This document shows, piece after piece, positions 20,407 to 29,187 of a stretch of DNA of 64,000 nucleotides; the first letter of the stretch is position 1; each line of letters begins with the position of its first letter. Made by a program: the position numbers and the translations under genes. Below the pieces are notes generated by a model that was not told where the DNA came from, did no database searches, and saw nothing but the letters and a program-made list of their open reading frames with translations. This DNA is from Acinetobacter phage phiAB441: sequence record PV420835.1, one strand, 5' to 3'.

Positions 20407-20598
20407 ATGAACAACATTCTACATGAAAATACAAGATATATTGTTACATCTGAAATATTATGGGATGATAAAGAATGGTTTTACATTCAGATGAAATTTG
20501 ATACAATGTCACCACTAACTGTTGATGTTAGAGAAACATTAGAAGAAGCAATTTATTACACTGATATTATGGAGAGGTTTTATAATGAGCAATATTAA
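20407..20598 (+). CDS. hypothetical early protein
   Basis: 63 aa, GGAG RBS. Confidence 0.45.
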   Translation: MNNILHENTRYIVTSEILWDDKEWFYIQMKFDTMSPLTVDVRETLEEAIYYTDIMERFYNEQY

Positions 20599-21172
20599 AC
20601 ATATTGATATTTGTGAAGTTAAGAAAGATGTAGCTGATAAGCTATTAGAAGCTGTAGATATTGTTGATACAGCAGAGGAAGAGAGACAAAGAGGGTTATA
20701 TGATGATTTAGTTGCTAATTACGATAGTATTGAAGCTGTATTGTTTACACTAAATCGTTGTGTTGATACATCATCATTAGGGTTTTACTTTGGTAATAAG
20801 AGAAAGATGAATGTACGACACTTATTAGATAGTGTGAACAAATACAATGAATTAAAAGGATTGGACTTACCTATGTTATACTATGAACACGATAAACATA
20901 AGGATTTCTTATACATCATTAATTTTATTACATCTGACATCTTTGGTGAAGAGTATGTTTATGAATTTCATTGGGATGATTGGGATAAGTGTTTGTTATG
21001 GAAAGATGATACAATTGGAGAGTATTTAAAGTATCAATATTATCCTAATTTAAAGTATTTTGCTTTACCAGCTATTATGTTCTTTCCTTTTACTATCTTA
21101 TTCTTTGTTATTATGATTATTTGTTTAATGACATGTAAGAAGATTAGTTTAAAGACAAGGAGCTTAATGTGA
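20585..21172 (+). CDS. membrane-anchored early protein
   Basis: 195 aa, acidic soluble domain plus C-terminal TM helix. Confidence 0.5.
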   Translation: MSNIKHIDICEVKKDVADKLLEAVDIVDTAEEERQRGLYDDLVANYDSIEAVLFTLNRCVDTSSLGFYFGNKRKMNVRHLLDSVNKYNELKGLDLPMLYYEHDKHKDFLYIINFITSDIFGEEYVYEFHWDDWDKCLLWKDDTIGEYLKYQYYPNLKYFALPAIMFFPFTILFFVIMIICLMTCKKISLKTRSLM

Positions 21173-21456
21173 TGTTTGATATGATATTTAATATATTATT
21201 CTTATATCCCATAACATTCATTGTATTCATGTTATGTAGCAATCTAAAGATTGACATTAAGGAATTATTATTTCGTTTCACTCATAATAACATATTCACC
21301 CCTTGACCCCTTGAAACATAATATCATGTCAAGACGAGGAGTCAAGCTTTTTTACAATAATATAACAAATATATTTAATTATTGTTTGTTAATTGTAAAA
21401 TATATAGACTATAAATTATACTTGGTTTATAGTCTTATTAAATTTAAGGAGGTTTT

Positions 21457-21708
21457 ATGTTAGTATCGATTACTATCCTAATGGATAATAATGTTCAGGC
21501 ATGTTATGTTCGTGAAGTGCGTGATTTTGATTTCAAAGACTTAGATCAAGTTTTTGATTACTTCGAGTTATTCTTTGATATTGATGGTGTTAAAGATAAA
21601 TGTGGTGAAATTAAATATTCACAATTTGGTCGATGGTGTATTTTTCATTATGATCCAGATGGTGTTGATCAAGAAGTTTTGATTACATGGGAGAATATTG
21701 AGTTATGA
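21457..21708 (+). CDS. small acidic protein
   Basis: 83 aa, AAGGAGG RBS, preceded by 280-bp ORF-free regulatory region. Confidence 0.5.
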   Translation: MLVSITILMDNNVQACYVREVRDFDFKDLDQVFDYFELFFDIDGVKDKCGEIKYSQFGRWCIFHYDPDGVDQEVLITWENIEL

Positions 21709-22016
21709 ATTTTATACCAGAAGATCATCTAGATCAGATTGAAACAATGTTAATGAATGGTGACGAACATGACGTTGTATTACTTGGTCATGGAAGAATG
21801 GCTCCAATTAATCTAGTAGTTTTTCAGTGTGTTGATATTGTTAACATCGATTATGATTTTAATTATGATGAAGAATACACATATTACGCTGCTGAAATTG
21901 AAAGTTGGAATTGGGATGGTGATTGTCCAGAGGAAATTTACATTGAAGATATTAAAGATGATCTTTACAGAGTTGAGAAAGTTCCAGTGACTAAATATGA
22001 ATGGAGAAAAGTATGA
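21705..22016 (+). CDS. small acidic protein
   Basis: 103 aa, very acidic. Confidence 0.5.
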   Translation: MNFIPEDHLDQIETMLMNGDEHDVVLLGHGRMAPINLVVFQCVDIVNIDYDFNYDEEYTYYAAEIESWNWDGDCPEEIYIEDIKDDLYRVEKVPVTKYEWRKV

Positions 22017-22264
22017 CACAGGAAATTGAAAGACAAGCTATAAAGTCATTTACAGAAGCTTTGTTAGCCATTAATGGGGCTTTGTTGAAGTCTGGCAGTA
22101 ATAAGGATGAAGCTGTTATAATGTTGCCGAAAGAGGACTTTAACTACTTTTTTACAGTGTTGCAATATCCAAATTCACCAGCAAGTAAGTTTTTTAAATA
22201 TGATCCACAAGATTTAAATGAGTTTACTTTAGCTGGAATTAAAGTTAGGAGTTTTGGTAAATGA
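22001..22264 (+). CDS. hypothetical protein
   Basis: 87 aa. Confidence 0.45.
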   Translation: MEKSMTQEIERQAIKSFTEALLAINGALLKSGSNKDEAVIMLPKEDFNYFFTVLQYPNSPASKFFKYDPQDLNEFTLAGIKVRSFGK

Positions 22265-22497
22265 GTGATTGGAATATGGTTGCAGATTGTGATGGTCTGT
22301 TTATTTTTGATAGTTCATATAGTGACTTTTTTGAAATACATCATGGTGGTGTATACGTAAATAAAACATGTTCAAAATTTAAAGAGGATCATAAACATAA
22401 AAGTTATCAAGAAATTAAAGAATGGACTGAAAAGACATTTCGTTCTTTAAGTGATAAATCAACATGGTTAATGTGTTATTTTGGAGAGTGTAAATGA
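22261..22497 (+). CDS. hypothetical protein
   Basis: 78 aa, ATGA coupling. Confidence 0.45.
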   Translation: MSDWNMVADCDGLFIFDSSYSDFFEIHHGGVYVNKTCSKFKEDHKHKSYQEIKEWTEKTFRSLSDKSTWLMCYFGECK

Positions 22498-22784
22498 TTA
22501 AACGAATACCAAGTGAAGAAATACAGAAGTTAAAAAGAACTAATGTCTGGTTGTGTCGAGACCGTACACTTACAAAAAAGATTATGCGAGAAAAGTCAGA
22601 TGCTATTGTTGAAATAAACAAACAAATGAGTTCAATGACTTATTCAAAATTAAAGGAGTATACAAAGAAAAGAAATAAGTTACTTGATGAACATGACTTA
22701 CTCATAGACCTGTACATTAGAATAAATCAAGACATTTATCAAAATGGTAAAGAGATTATGAAACTTAGAGGATGTAAACGATGA
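22494..22784 (+). CDS. basic hypothetical protein
   Basis: 96 aa, Lys/Arg-rich. Confidence 0.45.
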   Translation: MIKRIPSEEIQKLKRTNVWLCRDRTLTKKIMREKSDAIVEINKQMSSMTYSKLKEYTKKRNKLLDEHDLLIDLYIRINQDIYQNGKEIMKLRGCKR

Positions 22785-22984
22785 ATTTAGGTTTGTATGA
22801 AATAATGGATCGTGTTTCTGTTATACAATCTTCTCTTGAGGATAATGTTAGACATCACCAAGAAGCTGATTCAAGAGTTGTTGAATTAGTTGATGAAGCA
22901 CAAGAAGTATTGAATATGCTTTATCAATATGCTGCTAGTGAATTTTATGATAGTTATGGAGATTGTGAGAGTCATGGGTCTTAA
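22781..22984 (+). CDS. hypothetical protein
   Basis: 67 aa acidic. Confidence 0.4.
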   Translation: MNLGLYEIMDRVSVIQSSLEDNVRHHQEADSRVVELVDEAQEVLNMLYQYAASEFYDSYGDCESHGS

Positions 22985-23390
22985 ATATAAACATAAGAAG
23001 GCATATATGAAGTGTTGTGACGCATTTGCGGAATGTTCAGATGATACAAGATTGTCGGTAGGTTCTGTAATTGTTAAGAACAACAGAATCATCTCTTGTG
23101 GGTATAATGCACACACTGAGCATATTACAGCTCCAAATCAATTACCTAGTGGTGAAACAGATGCTAGAGTACGCCATTCAGAGAAAAATGCTTTAATGGG
23201 GTTGATTAGAAGCAATGAAAGTGCTGTAGGGGCTATTATGTTTTGCACACATGCTTGTTGTTATTTCTGTGCTATAGATATTGTAGATGCAGGTATAGCA
23301 CACTTTGTATATCGAGATGGTTATAGAAGTGAAGATGGGCTAAATCACCTAAAACAACATGGTGTTATTGTTGAGCAATTTGTTGAGTAG
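22929..23390 (+). CDS. dCMP (deoxycytidylate) deaminase
   Basis: HSEKNAL (H[AS]E) and CCYFCAIDIVDAGI (PCxxC-like) zinc-binding cytidine/dCMP deaminase motifs. Confidence 0.75.
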   Translation: MLLVNFMIVMEIVRVMGLKYKHKKAYMKCCDAFAECSDDTRLSVGSVIVKNNRIISCGYNAHTEHITAPNQLPSGETDARVRHSEKNALMGLIRSNESAVGAIMFCTHACCYFCAIDIVDAGIAHFVYRDGYRSEDGLNHLKQHGVIVEQFVE

Positions 23391-23418
23391 AGAGATTAAT
23401 ATAGATCAACAAAAGGTA

Positions 23419-23446
23419 TTGACATATTGAGAGAGTGTGGTATAGT
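23419..23446 (+). promoter_or_regulatory. sigma70-like promoter
   Basis: TTGACA-16 nt-TATAGT. Confidence 0.55.
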
Positions 23447-23472
23447 TGTTGAAAAGTTTAATGGAGGATTGT

Positions 23473-23643
23473 AATGAATTTTACAGAATATTTAAATTTA
23501 ATTAAAGAGATTTTAAATGATAATGGTGTTGTGTTATCAACAATGGAAGAACATCATCAGGAAGAGTTGATTAAGAAGTTTAAGAAATGTTTTAAAGATG
23601 GTGAGGATGTTGATGAGGCAATAGACAGAGTTATGGGGTGGTG
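23473..23643 (+). CDS. small hypothetical protein (below ORF-track cutoff)
   Basis: 56-aa ORF with GGAGG RBS immediately downstream of promoter. Confidence 0.35.
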
Positions 23644-24435
23644 AATGTGAAGTATATAAACAAAATTGAATATAAAAACTGTATAGGTAAAGTTTTTGCT
23701 TCAAAATACTATGGCTTATTTAAGGTTATTAGCTATCATAATAGGTCTAAGGTTGAAATTGAGTTTATTGAAACTGGTTATAGGAAATTTTGCGGATTAT
23801 CAAATATAAGAGTTGGTGAAATAAGAGACCCTTACTTTAAATCACTTTGTGGTGTTGGTGTTGTGGGTGTAAAGTATGACACGCGTTACAAAAATGAGAG
23901 CGGTAAGAATGCAATGGTTAAGCAATATAATATTTGGAGTCATATGATAAAAAGATGTTACTCTGAGAAAAGCGAAGACAAGGATAAAACATACAAAGAC
24001 TGCACTGTTTCAGAAAACTTTAAACACTACGAATACTTTTATGAATGGTGCAATAGACAGATTGGTTTTAATAACGAAGGTTGGCAACTTGATAAAGATT
24101 TATTAGTGAAAGGTAACAAGATTTATTCTGAGGACACTTGTGTATTTCTACCGCAAGAATTGAATAACTTGTTAACTAAAAGGTCTAATAATAGAGGTGA
24201 ATTTCCAATTGGTGTATGTTATAGAAAACGAGAAGGTAAATATTCATCAGCGTTAAGTTTAAACAAAGGAAACCCTACCACACTAGGATATTACAACACA
24301 CCTGAAGAAGCCTTCTATGCTTACAAGAAAGCTAAAGAATCATTTATCAAAGAACAGGCTTACAAATGGAAAGATAAAATCGATCCTAGAGCTTTTGAAG
24401 CTTTGATGAATTATAGAGTTGAAATTACAGATTGA
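23638..24435 (+). CDS. AP2-domain, degenerate-HNH homing-endonuclease-like protein (copy 1)
   Basis: C-terminal IGVCYRKREGKYSSALSL...LGYYNTPEEAFYAYKKAKE = AP2 DNA-binding fold; LDKDLLVKGNKIYSEDTCVF resembles HNH_3 core lacking the catalytic His; paralogue of 54045..54833. Confidence 0.7.
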   Translation: MVNVKYINKIEYKNCIGKVFASKYYGLFKVISYHNRSKVEIEFIETGYRKFCGLSNIRVGEIRDPYFKSLCGVGVVGVKYDTRYKNESGKNAMVKQYNIWSHMIKRCYSEKSEDKDKTYKDCTVSENFKHYEYFYEWCNRQIGFNNEGWQLDKDLLVKGNKIYSEDTCVFLPQELNNLLTKRSNNRGEFPIGVCYRKREGKYSSALSLNKGNPTTLGYYNTPEEAFYAYKKAKESFIKEQAYKWKDKIDPRAFEALMNYRVEITD

Positions 24436-26288
24436 TTATTCAGGAGAATACGTTTGTATTTCTCCTTTTTGTATTGGAGGGAAAGTTGGGAATCTGTGTT
24501 GGAAAAGAACAATGTCCGAAATGTAGTGAGGAAGGTAGAGATAGGCATGGAGACAATTTAGCCATATATGACGATGGGAGTAAATATTGTTTTTCATGTG
24601 GTCACACTGAAAGTGGTAATAGTGATTTAGGAGTTAAGGAGAGAAAATTAGTGAATTTGGAAAAAGAGTGGGAAAAGTTATTAAGTAAGAAGTTAAGTAA
24701 AGAAGAATTAGAACAAATTGGTAAAGAGGTTGGAACTGATCCTAAAGGTTGGAGAGGTTTAAAATCACAATATTTAAATGGTTTAGGTATTCGATTTAAA
24801 TATGATGAACAAGACAATCCTTGTGAAATGTTAACAGCAACAACTGTGACAATGAATAATAAAACGGAATTTGTTGGTTTTAAGTCTCGTAAGTTCCCAA
24901 AAGATTTTTCAAGTCCTAAAGGTTATGTTGGTAATTTATGTGACTTAATTGGTTATCATAAATTTAAAGGTAGTAAGCGAACATTAGTTATTGTTGAGGG
25001 TGAAGTTGACTATGCTTCAGCATTCCAAATGTACCAAATGGATATGCAATCTCGTGGTAAGAAATATGAACTCCCTGCTGTAGTTTCTGTAGTAAATGGT
25101 ATTAGTTCTATTGTTAAAGTATTTAAAGAGAATGATACAAACTTTAAGTTCTTCAAACAATTTGAACGTGTTGTCATTGCGGTTGACAATGATGATGTTT
25201 CTAATAAATTTGTTGATGAATTTATTGCAGCAATGCCACGAGAGACATTATATAGAGCTACATTACGATATAAGGATGCTAATAAATACTTGGAAGCTGG
25301 TGCTATTAGTGAATGGGTTAATGATACATATTGGAACCCTACACCGTGTTCTGTTGCGAGTATTACAGGTAGTTCTGATTGGTTATCAGATGCTAAAGAA
25401 GAATTAACAACTCCACGTTTATTGTTGCCTGACTTTGTACAGGGAATTAACAATGCAACTCGTGGTGGTTTACCTATGGGTCGTTATGTTATCTTTGCTG
25501 GTGCTTCTTCAATTGGTAAGACTGTATTTGTCAATTCAATGATTTATGATTGGATTATTCAGGACACACATCGTATTGGTGTTGTTAGTTTAGAATTATC
25601 TAGAGGTCAATATTATGTTGAGATGTTATCGCGTCATATCGGTTTAAACATTGATGATATTGATGATAATGAAGAACGTGCCACTTTGCTTGATGATTTA
25701 ACAATTGTTGAGAAAGGTAACGAATTATTCATGCGTGAAGATGGTACAAGTCGTTTCCACGTTGTTGATGATCGTGACAGTAGTATTGCTAAGATTCAAG
25801 AGTTATGTGAAGAGTTGGTAATTAAGCATAATGTTGAAGTTTTAATTCTTGATCCTATTTCTGATTTAACACAAAGACTTGACAATCAAGAACAAGTAGT
25901 ATTTAATAGCTGGATTAAATCATTTATTAAGAAACATAATGTTTTAGTCGTTGGTATCAGTCATGTTAAGAAAGGTGATAAGAACTATGACAATGGTGAT
26001 ATTCCAGATGAAGGTGATTTGATTGGTAGTTATTCTGGAGCTTCTTCTGCTGCTGCTATCTTTTTCTTGAGTCGTAATAAGATGAGTGATGACCTTGTAG
26101 AAAGAAACACAACACTCGTTACAACACCGAAGATTAGATGGACAGGTAGAACGGGTGTAGTTGATCGTGTTTTCTTTGATCATAAGACACGAAAACTTAT
26201 TAACTATTCAGATTATTTAAAGGGAAATATTTCAAGTGCTTTAGATGAGCCTAAAGACACTGAAGTTAAAGTTGATTGTGATTTTTGA
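24432..26288 (+). CDS. DNA primase-helicase (T7 gp4-like)
   Basis: N-terminal Cys4 zinc ribbon (CPKCSEEG...CFSCGH), TOPRIM (VIVEGEVD, VIAVDNDD), DnaB-like Walker A GASSIGKT and Walker B ILDPISD. Confidence 0.85.
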   Translation: MIIQENTFVFLLFVLEGKLGICVGKEQCPKCSEEGRDRHGDNLAIYDDGSKYCFSCGHTESGNSDLGVKERKLVNLEKEWEKLLSKKLSKEELEQIGKEVGTDPKGWRGLKSQYLNGLGIRFKYDEQDNPCEMLTATTVTMNNKTEFVGFKSRKFPKDFSSPKGYVGNLCDLIGYHKFKGSKRTLVIVEGEVDYASAFQMYQMDMQSRGKKYELPAVVSVVNGISSIVKVFKENDTNFKFFKQFERVVIAVDNDDVSNKFVDEFIAAMPRETLYRATLRYKDANKYLEAGAISEWVNDTYWNPTPCSVASITGSSDWLSDAKEELTTPRLLLPDFVQGINNATRGGLPMGRYVIFAGASSIGKTVFVNSMIYDWIIQDTHRIGVVSLELSRGQYYVEMLSRHIGLNIDDIDDNEERATLLDDLTIVEKGNELFMREDGTSRFHVVDDRDSSIAKIQELCEELVIKHNVEVLILDPISDLTQRLDNQEQVVFNSWIKSFIKKHNVLVVGISHVKKGDKNYDNGDIPDEGDLIGSYSGASSAAAIFFLSRNKMSDDLVERNTTLVTTPKIRWTGRTGVVDRVFFDHKTRKLINYSDYLKGNISSALDEPKDTEVKVDCDF

Positions 26289-26319
26289 GGTGATTTTTCA
26301 CCTCTTTTAATTTGGAGGA

Positions 26320-27411
26320 ATGTGTAGAAAAATGACTAATGAAGTTAAATATTTTGAAGGTGATTGGATATGGGATATTGAGACTTTCCCAAATATAGTC
26401 ACTTTTGCATTTCTTAAAGCAGATAAATCTGAGAGAAAGTTATTTGAAATATCTAAACGTACTAATGATTTGGATTTATTTTTAGATTTTTGTCGTGAAT
26501 CTAAAATAAATGATTATAGATTTGTAGGTTTTAACTCTATCTCTTTTGACTATGTTGTGTTACATTGGATTTTAAAAAGAGCAATGGATGCTAAAGCTAA
26601 GAGAGAGAAGTTAAAGCTCACTGCTAATCAAATCTACAAATATGCAATGAAAGTTATTGAGAGCAAGAAAGATGGTCAGTTTGGTATTAATGTAAAAGTT
26701 GAAGATCACATTATTCGTCAACTAGATTTATTTAAAATTAATCATTATGACAACAAAGCTAAGATGACTTCTTTGAAGTTGTTGGAGTTTAATATGCGAT
26801 TGGACAACATTAGTGATTTACCTTTTCCTGTTGGTAAAACTTTATCAAGTGAAGAGATGGATACTTTAATTGAATATAACTTTACAGACGTTGGTGCTAC
26901 ACATGACTTCTATCAATTGAATTATGATTCTATTAAATTCCGTGCTGAACTTACGCAAAAATATGGATTTGATTGTACAAACTTAAATGATTCGAATATT
27001 GGTGAGCAATTCTTTATCCGTAAGATTGAAGCAAAACAACCAGATGCTTTTTATACATATGATGTTGTATCAGGTAAAAAGAAACTAAAGAAAACACCAC
27101 GACCATTTGTTAAAATTGCTGATTGTTTATTTGATTATTTAAATTTTAAAACACCTGAAATGCAAGCTTTACATAATTGGTTTAAGAAGCAAGTAATTAC
27201 AGAAACAAAGGGTGTGTTTAGTGATATTGAAGAACATAATTTAGGTGATTTAGCGAAGTATTGTGAACTTGTTCAAAAGGAAGTTAAGTTTAAAGACAAT
27301 CCTTCTGAGAAAGAGAAGCAGGATTTTTTGAAAGAACACCCTTTGGGTTGGTTTGAGGTTAGAGAGTTAAAGACACTTGAAACATTAAAAGATAAGATGG
27401 TAACTCTGTAA
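26320..27411 (+). CDS. DNA polymerase family B, N-terminal 3'-5' exonuclease portion
   Basis: Exo I DIETFPN, Exo II FVGFNSISFDYVVL; terminates at 27411 while the downstream polymerase frame is already open from 27396 (-1 frame). Confidence 0.75.
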   Translation: MCRKMTNEVKYFEGDWIWDIETFPNIVTFAFLKADKSERKLFEISKRTNDLDLFLDFCRESKINDYRFVGFNSISFDYVVLHWILKRAMDAKAKREKLKLTANQIYKYAMKVIESKKDGQFGINVKVEDHIIRQLDLFKINHYDNKAKMTSLKLLEFNMRLDNISDLPFPVGKTLSSEEMDTLIEYNFTDVGATHDFYQLNYDSIKFRAELTQKYGFDCTNLNDSNIGEQFFIRKIEAKQPDAFYTYDVVSGKKKLKKTPRPFVKIADCLFDYLNFKTPEMQALHNWFKKQVITETKGVFSDIEEHNLGDLAKYCELVQKEVKFKDNPSEKEKQDFLKEHPLGWFEVRELKTLETLKDKMVTL

Positions 27412-27527
27412 AAGAGAATTTCATTGATGATAAAGGTAGAGTTAAACAAAGAGTAGTAAAGGTTCCAAAGAAGGCTTATTATGGTTGCTACAAGATCGCT
27501 GAGACACTTAATGTTATTATTGGTGGT

Positions 27528-28085
27528 ATGAGGGTGGATTATGGTGTTGGTGGTCTACACGGTGCTGTACAGGGACATCATAAGAAATCTGATGACAAGT
27601 CAATTTTGTCTTGGGATGTTGCGAGTATGTATCCTAACATTGCTATTGCTAACCGTGTTTATCCTGAACATTTGAATGAAAGTTTTTGTGATAGTTATGA
27701 GGAATTTTATAATGAACGTAAAAAGTATCCTAAAGGTACAGGTGAGAACTTGGCGATTAAGCTGGGTTTGAACTGTGTCTACGGAAAATCCAACAGTGAG
27801 TTTAGTTGTTTCTATGACTCTGCGTATACTATGAAGATTACAGTAAATGGACAATTGACATTATCAATGTTACTTGAACGACTTGTTTTGGATTGTCAAG
27901 TTAAACCGTTGATGGTTAACACAGATGGCTTTGAAGTTATTATTGATAACGATAAGATTGATAAAGCAAATGATATTGTAAGTCGTTGGGAGAAATATGT
28001 TGGTCTACAAATGGAAGGTGTTGAATATTCTGACATGTTTATTGCCGATGTAAATAATTATTTTGCTATTTATGTGGAGGATTGA
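27528..28085 (+). CDS. DNA polymerase family B, palm portion (motifs A, B, C)
   Basis: motif A DVASMYPNIAIA, motif B KLGLNCVYGKSN, motif C MVNTDGFEVI; frame open upstream to 27396 with no ATG. Confidence 0.7.
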   Translation: MRVDYGVGGLHGAVQGHHKKSDDKSILSWDVASMYPNIAIANRVYPEHLNESFCDSYEEFYNERKKYPKGTGENLAIKLGLNCVYGKSNSEFSCFYDSAYTMKITVNGQLTLSMLLERLVLDCQVKPLMVNTDGFEVIIDNDKIDKANDIVSRWEKYVGLQMEGVEYSDMFIADVNNYFAIYVED

Positions 28086-28738
28086 TGCAGTATATTGGAT
28101 TTAGAACAAAACAAACTGGAATATATAAGATTACTAATACGATTAATGGTAAAATTTATATTGGAAGGACTTCAAATTTTAATCGAAGATATGTACAATA
28201 TTTGTATGATTTTGAAAATCAGAGGTCTAGGTCAGTTAATCAACATTTTTTAAATTCTGTTAATAAATATGGTTTAGATAATTTTGAGTTTGAGGAACTT
28301 TACTATTGTTTTACTGAAGATGAATCTTTAGTTTTAGAAATTGAATTTATGAATATGTATAAATCTACGAATAGTGAATTTGGTTATAATAAAAGACAAG
28401 ATTCAGAAGGTGGTATGATTGTATCTAATGAAACTTCTTTGAAAATATCTAACAGGTTGAAAAAAGAGTGGAGGTTAGGAGTTAGAGATGGGTATTCAGA
28501 AAAGCTAAAGGCTTCTTGGAAAAGTAGAGATAGAGTTAAGCAAAGTGAATTGTTTTCAAAGTCGTTAACAAAATGGTATTATGTTGTTAATGAAAATTAT
28601 GATAATAAACTATTTTATAAAGACCTTGTTGACATGGGTTTGAAAAATTCAATAGGTAAATTTTCTGAAAAGAAATCAAATAAAGTTGTGTTTAAGGATT
28701 TTATTATAGAGAGATTTGAGTATGAAGACGAAAGCTAA
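28082..28738 (+). CDS. GIY-YIG homing endonuclease inserted in DNA polymerase gene
   Basis: GIYKITNTINGKIYIGRTSNFNRRYVQY ... NKYGLDNFEFEEL; ATGA overlap with upstream pol fragment, overlaps downstream pol fragment. Confidence 0.85.
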   Translation: MMQYIGFRTKQTGIYKITNTINGKIYIGRTSNFNRRYVQYLYDFENQRSRSVNQHFLNSVNKYGLDNFEFEELYYCFTEDESLVLEIEFMNMYKSTNSEFGYNKRQDSEGGMIVSNETSLKISNRLKKEWRLGVRDGYSEKLKASWKSRDRVKQSELFSKSLTKWYYVVNENYDNKLFYKDLVDMGLKNSIGKFSEKKSNKVVFKDFIIERFEYEDES

Positions 28739-29174
28739 AGGTAGATATGCTTATAAAGAAATGAAGGAAATGGATTTGGCTTTCATGCACAAGAATCACT
28801 CAGCATTAGTTGTACCTATGGCAGTTGAACATGAGTTGTTAGGTCGTGGTTATGCTGAAGATTTTATTCGTAGTCATAAAGATAAGTTTGATTTCATGCT
28901 TAGAACTAAAGTTCCGCGTGGTTCAAGACTGGTTCTTGAAATGGATGGTGAGGATATTGAGCAACAAAACATTTGTCGTTATTACGTTTCTGAAGATGGT
29001 GGGTATTTAACAAAGATTATGCCACCACTTAAAGAAGGTGATGAAGATAGACGTATGAGTATTGAAAGTGGTATTAAAGTAAAAACGTGTAATGATATTA
29101 ATGATTTCTCTTGGGATATTAATTATGATTACTATGTTGAGCAAGCAGATAAATTGCTTGAATTTTTTCGTTAA
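28716..29174 (+). CDS. DNA polymerase family B, C-terminal (KxY/thumb) portion
   Basis: KAKGRYAYK resembles KKRY(A) KxY motif that follows motif C in family B enzymes; position directly after the HEG. Confidence 0.5.
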   Translation: MSMKTKAKGRYAYKEMKEMDLAFMHKNHSALVVPMAVEHELLGRGYAEDFIRSHKDKFDFMLRTKVPRGSRLVLEMDGEDIEQQNICRYYVSEDGGYLTKIMPPLKEGDEDRRMSIESGIKVKTCNDINDFSWDINYDYYVEQADKLLEFFR

Positions 29175-29187
29175 TTAGGAGATGTAA

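Noticed and set aside
21251-21463. 70-aa ORF in the 21173..21456 intergenic region
   Set aside because: No RBS. Spans a repeat/hairpin-rich probable regulatory region (CCCCTTGA x2, TATAGACT/AGTCTATA inverted repeat). More likely non-coding.
25010-25453. 147-aa antisense ORF and 103-aa sense-shadow ORF (25096..25407) within the primase-helicase gene
   Set aside because: Both lie inside a motif-rich, clearly functional CDS.
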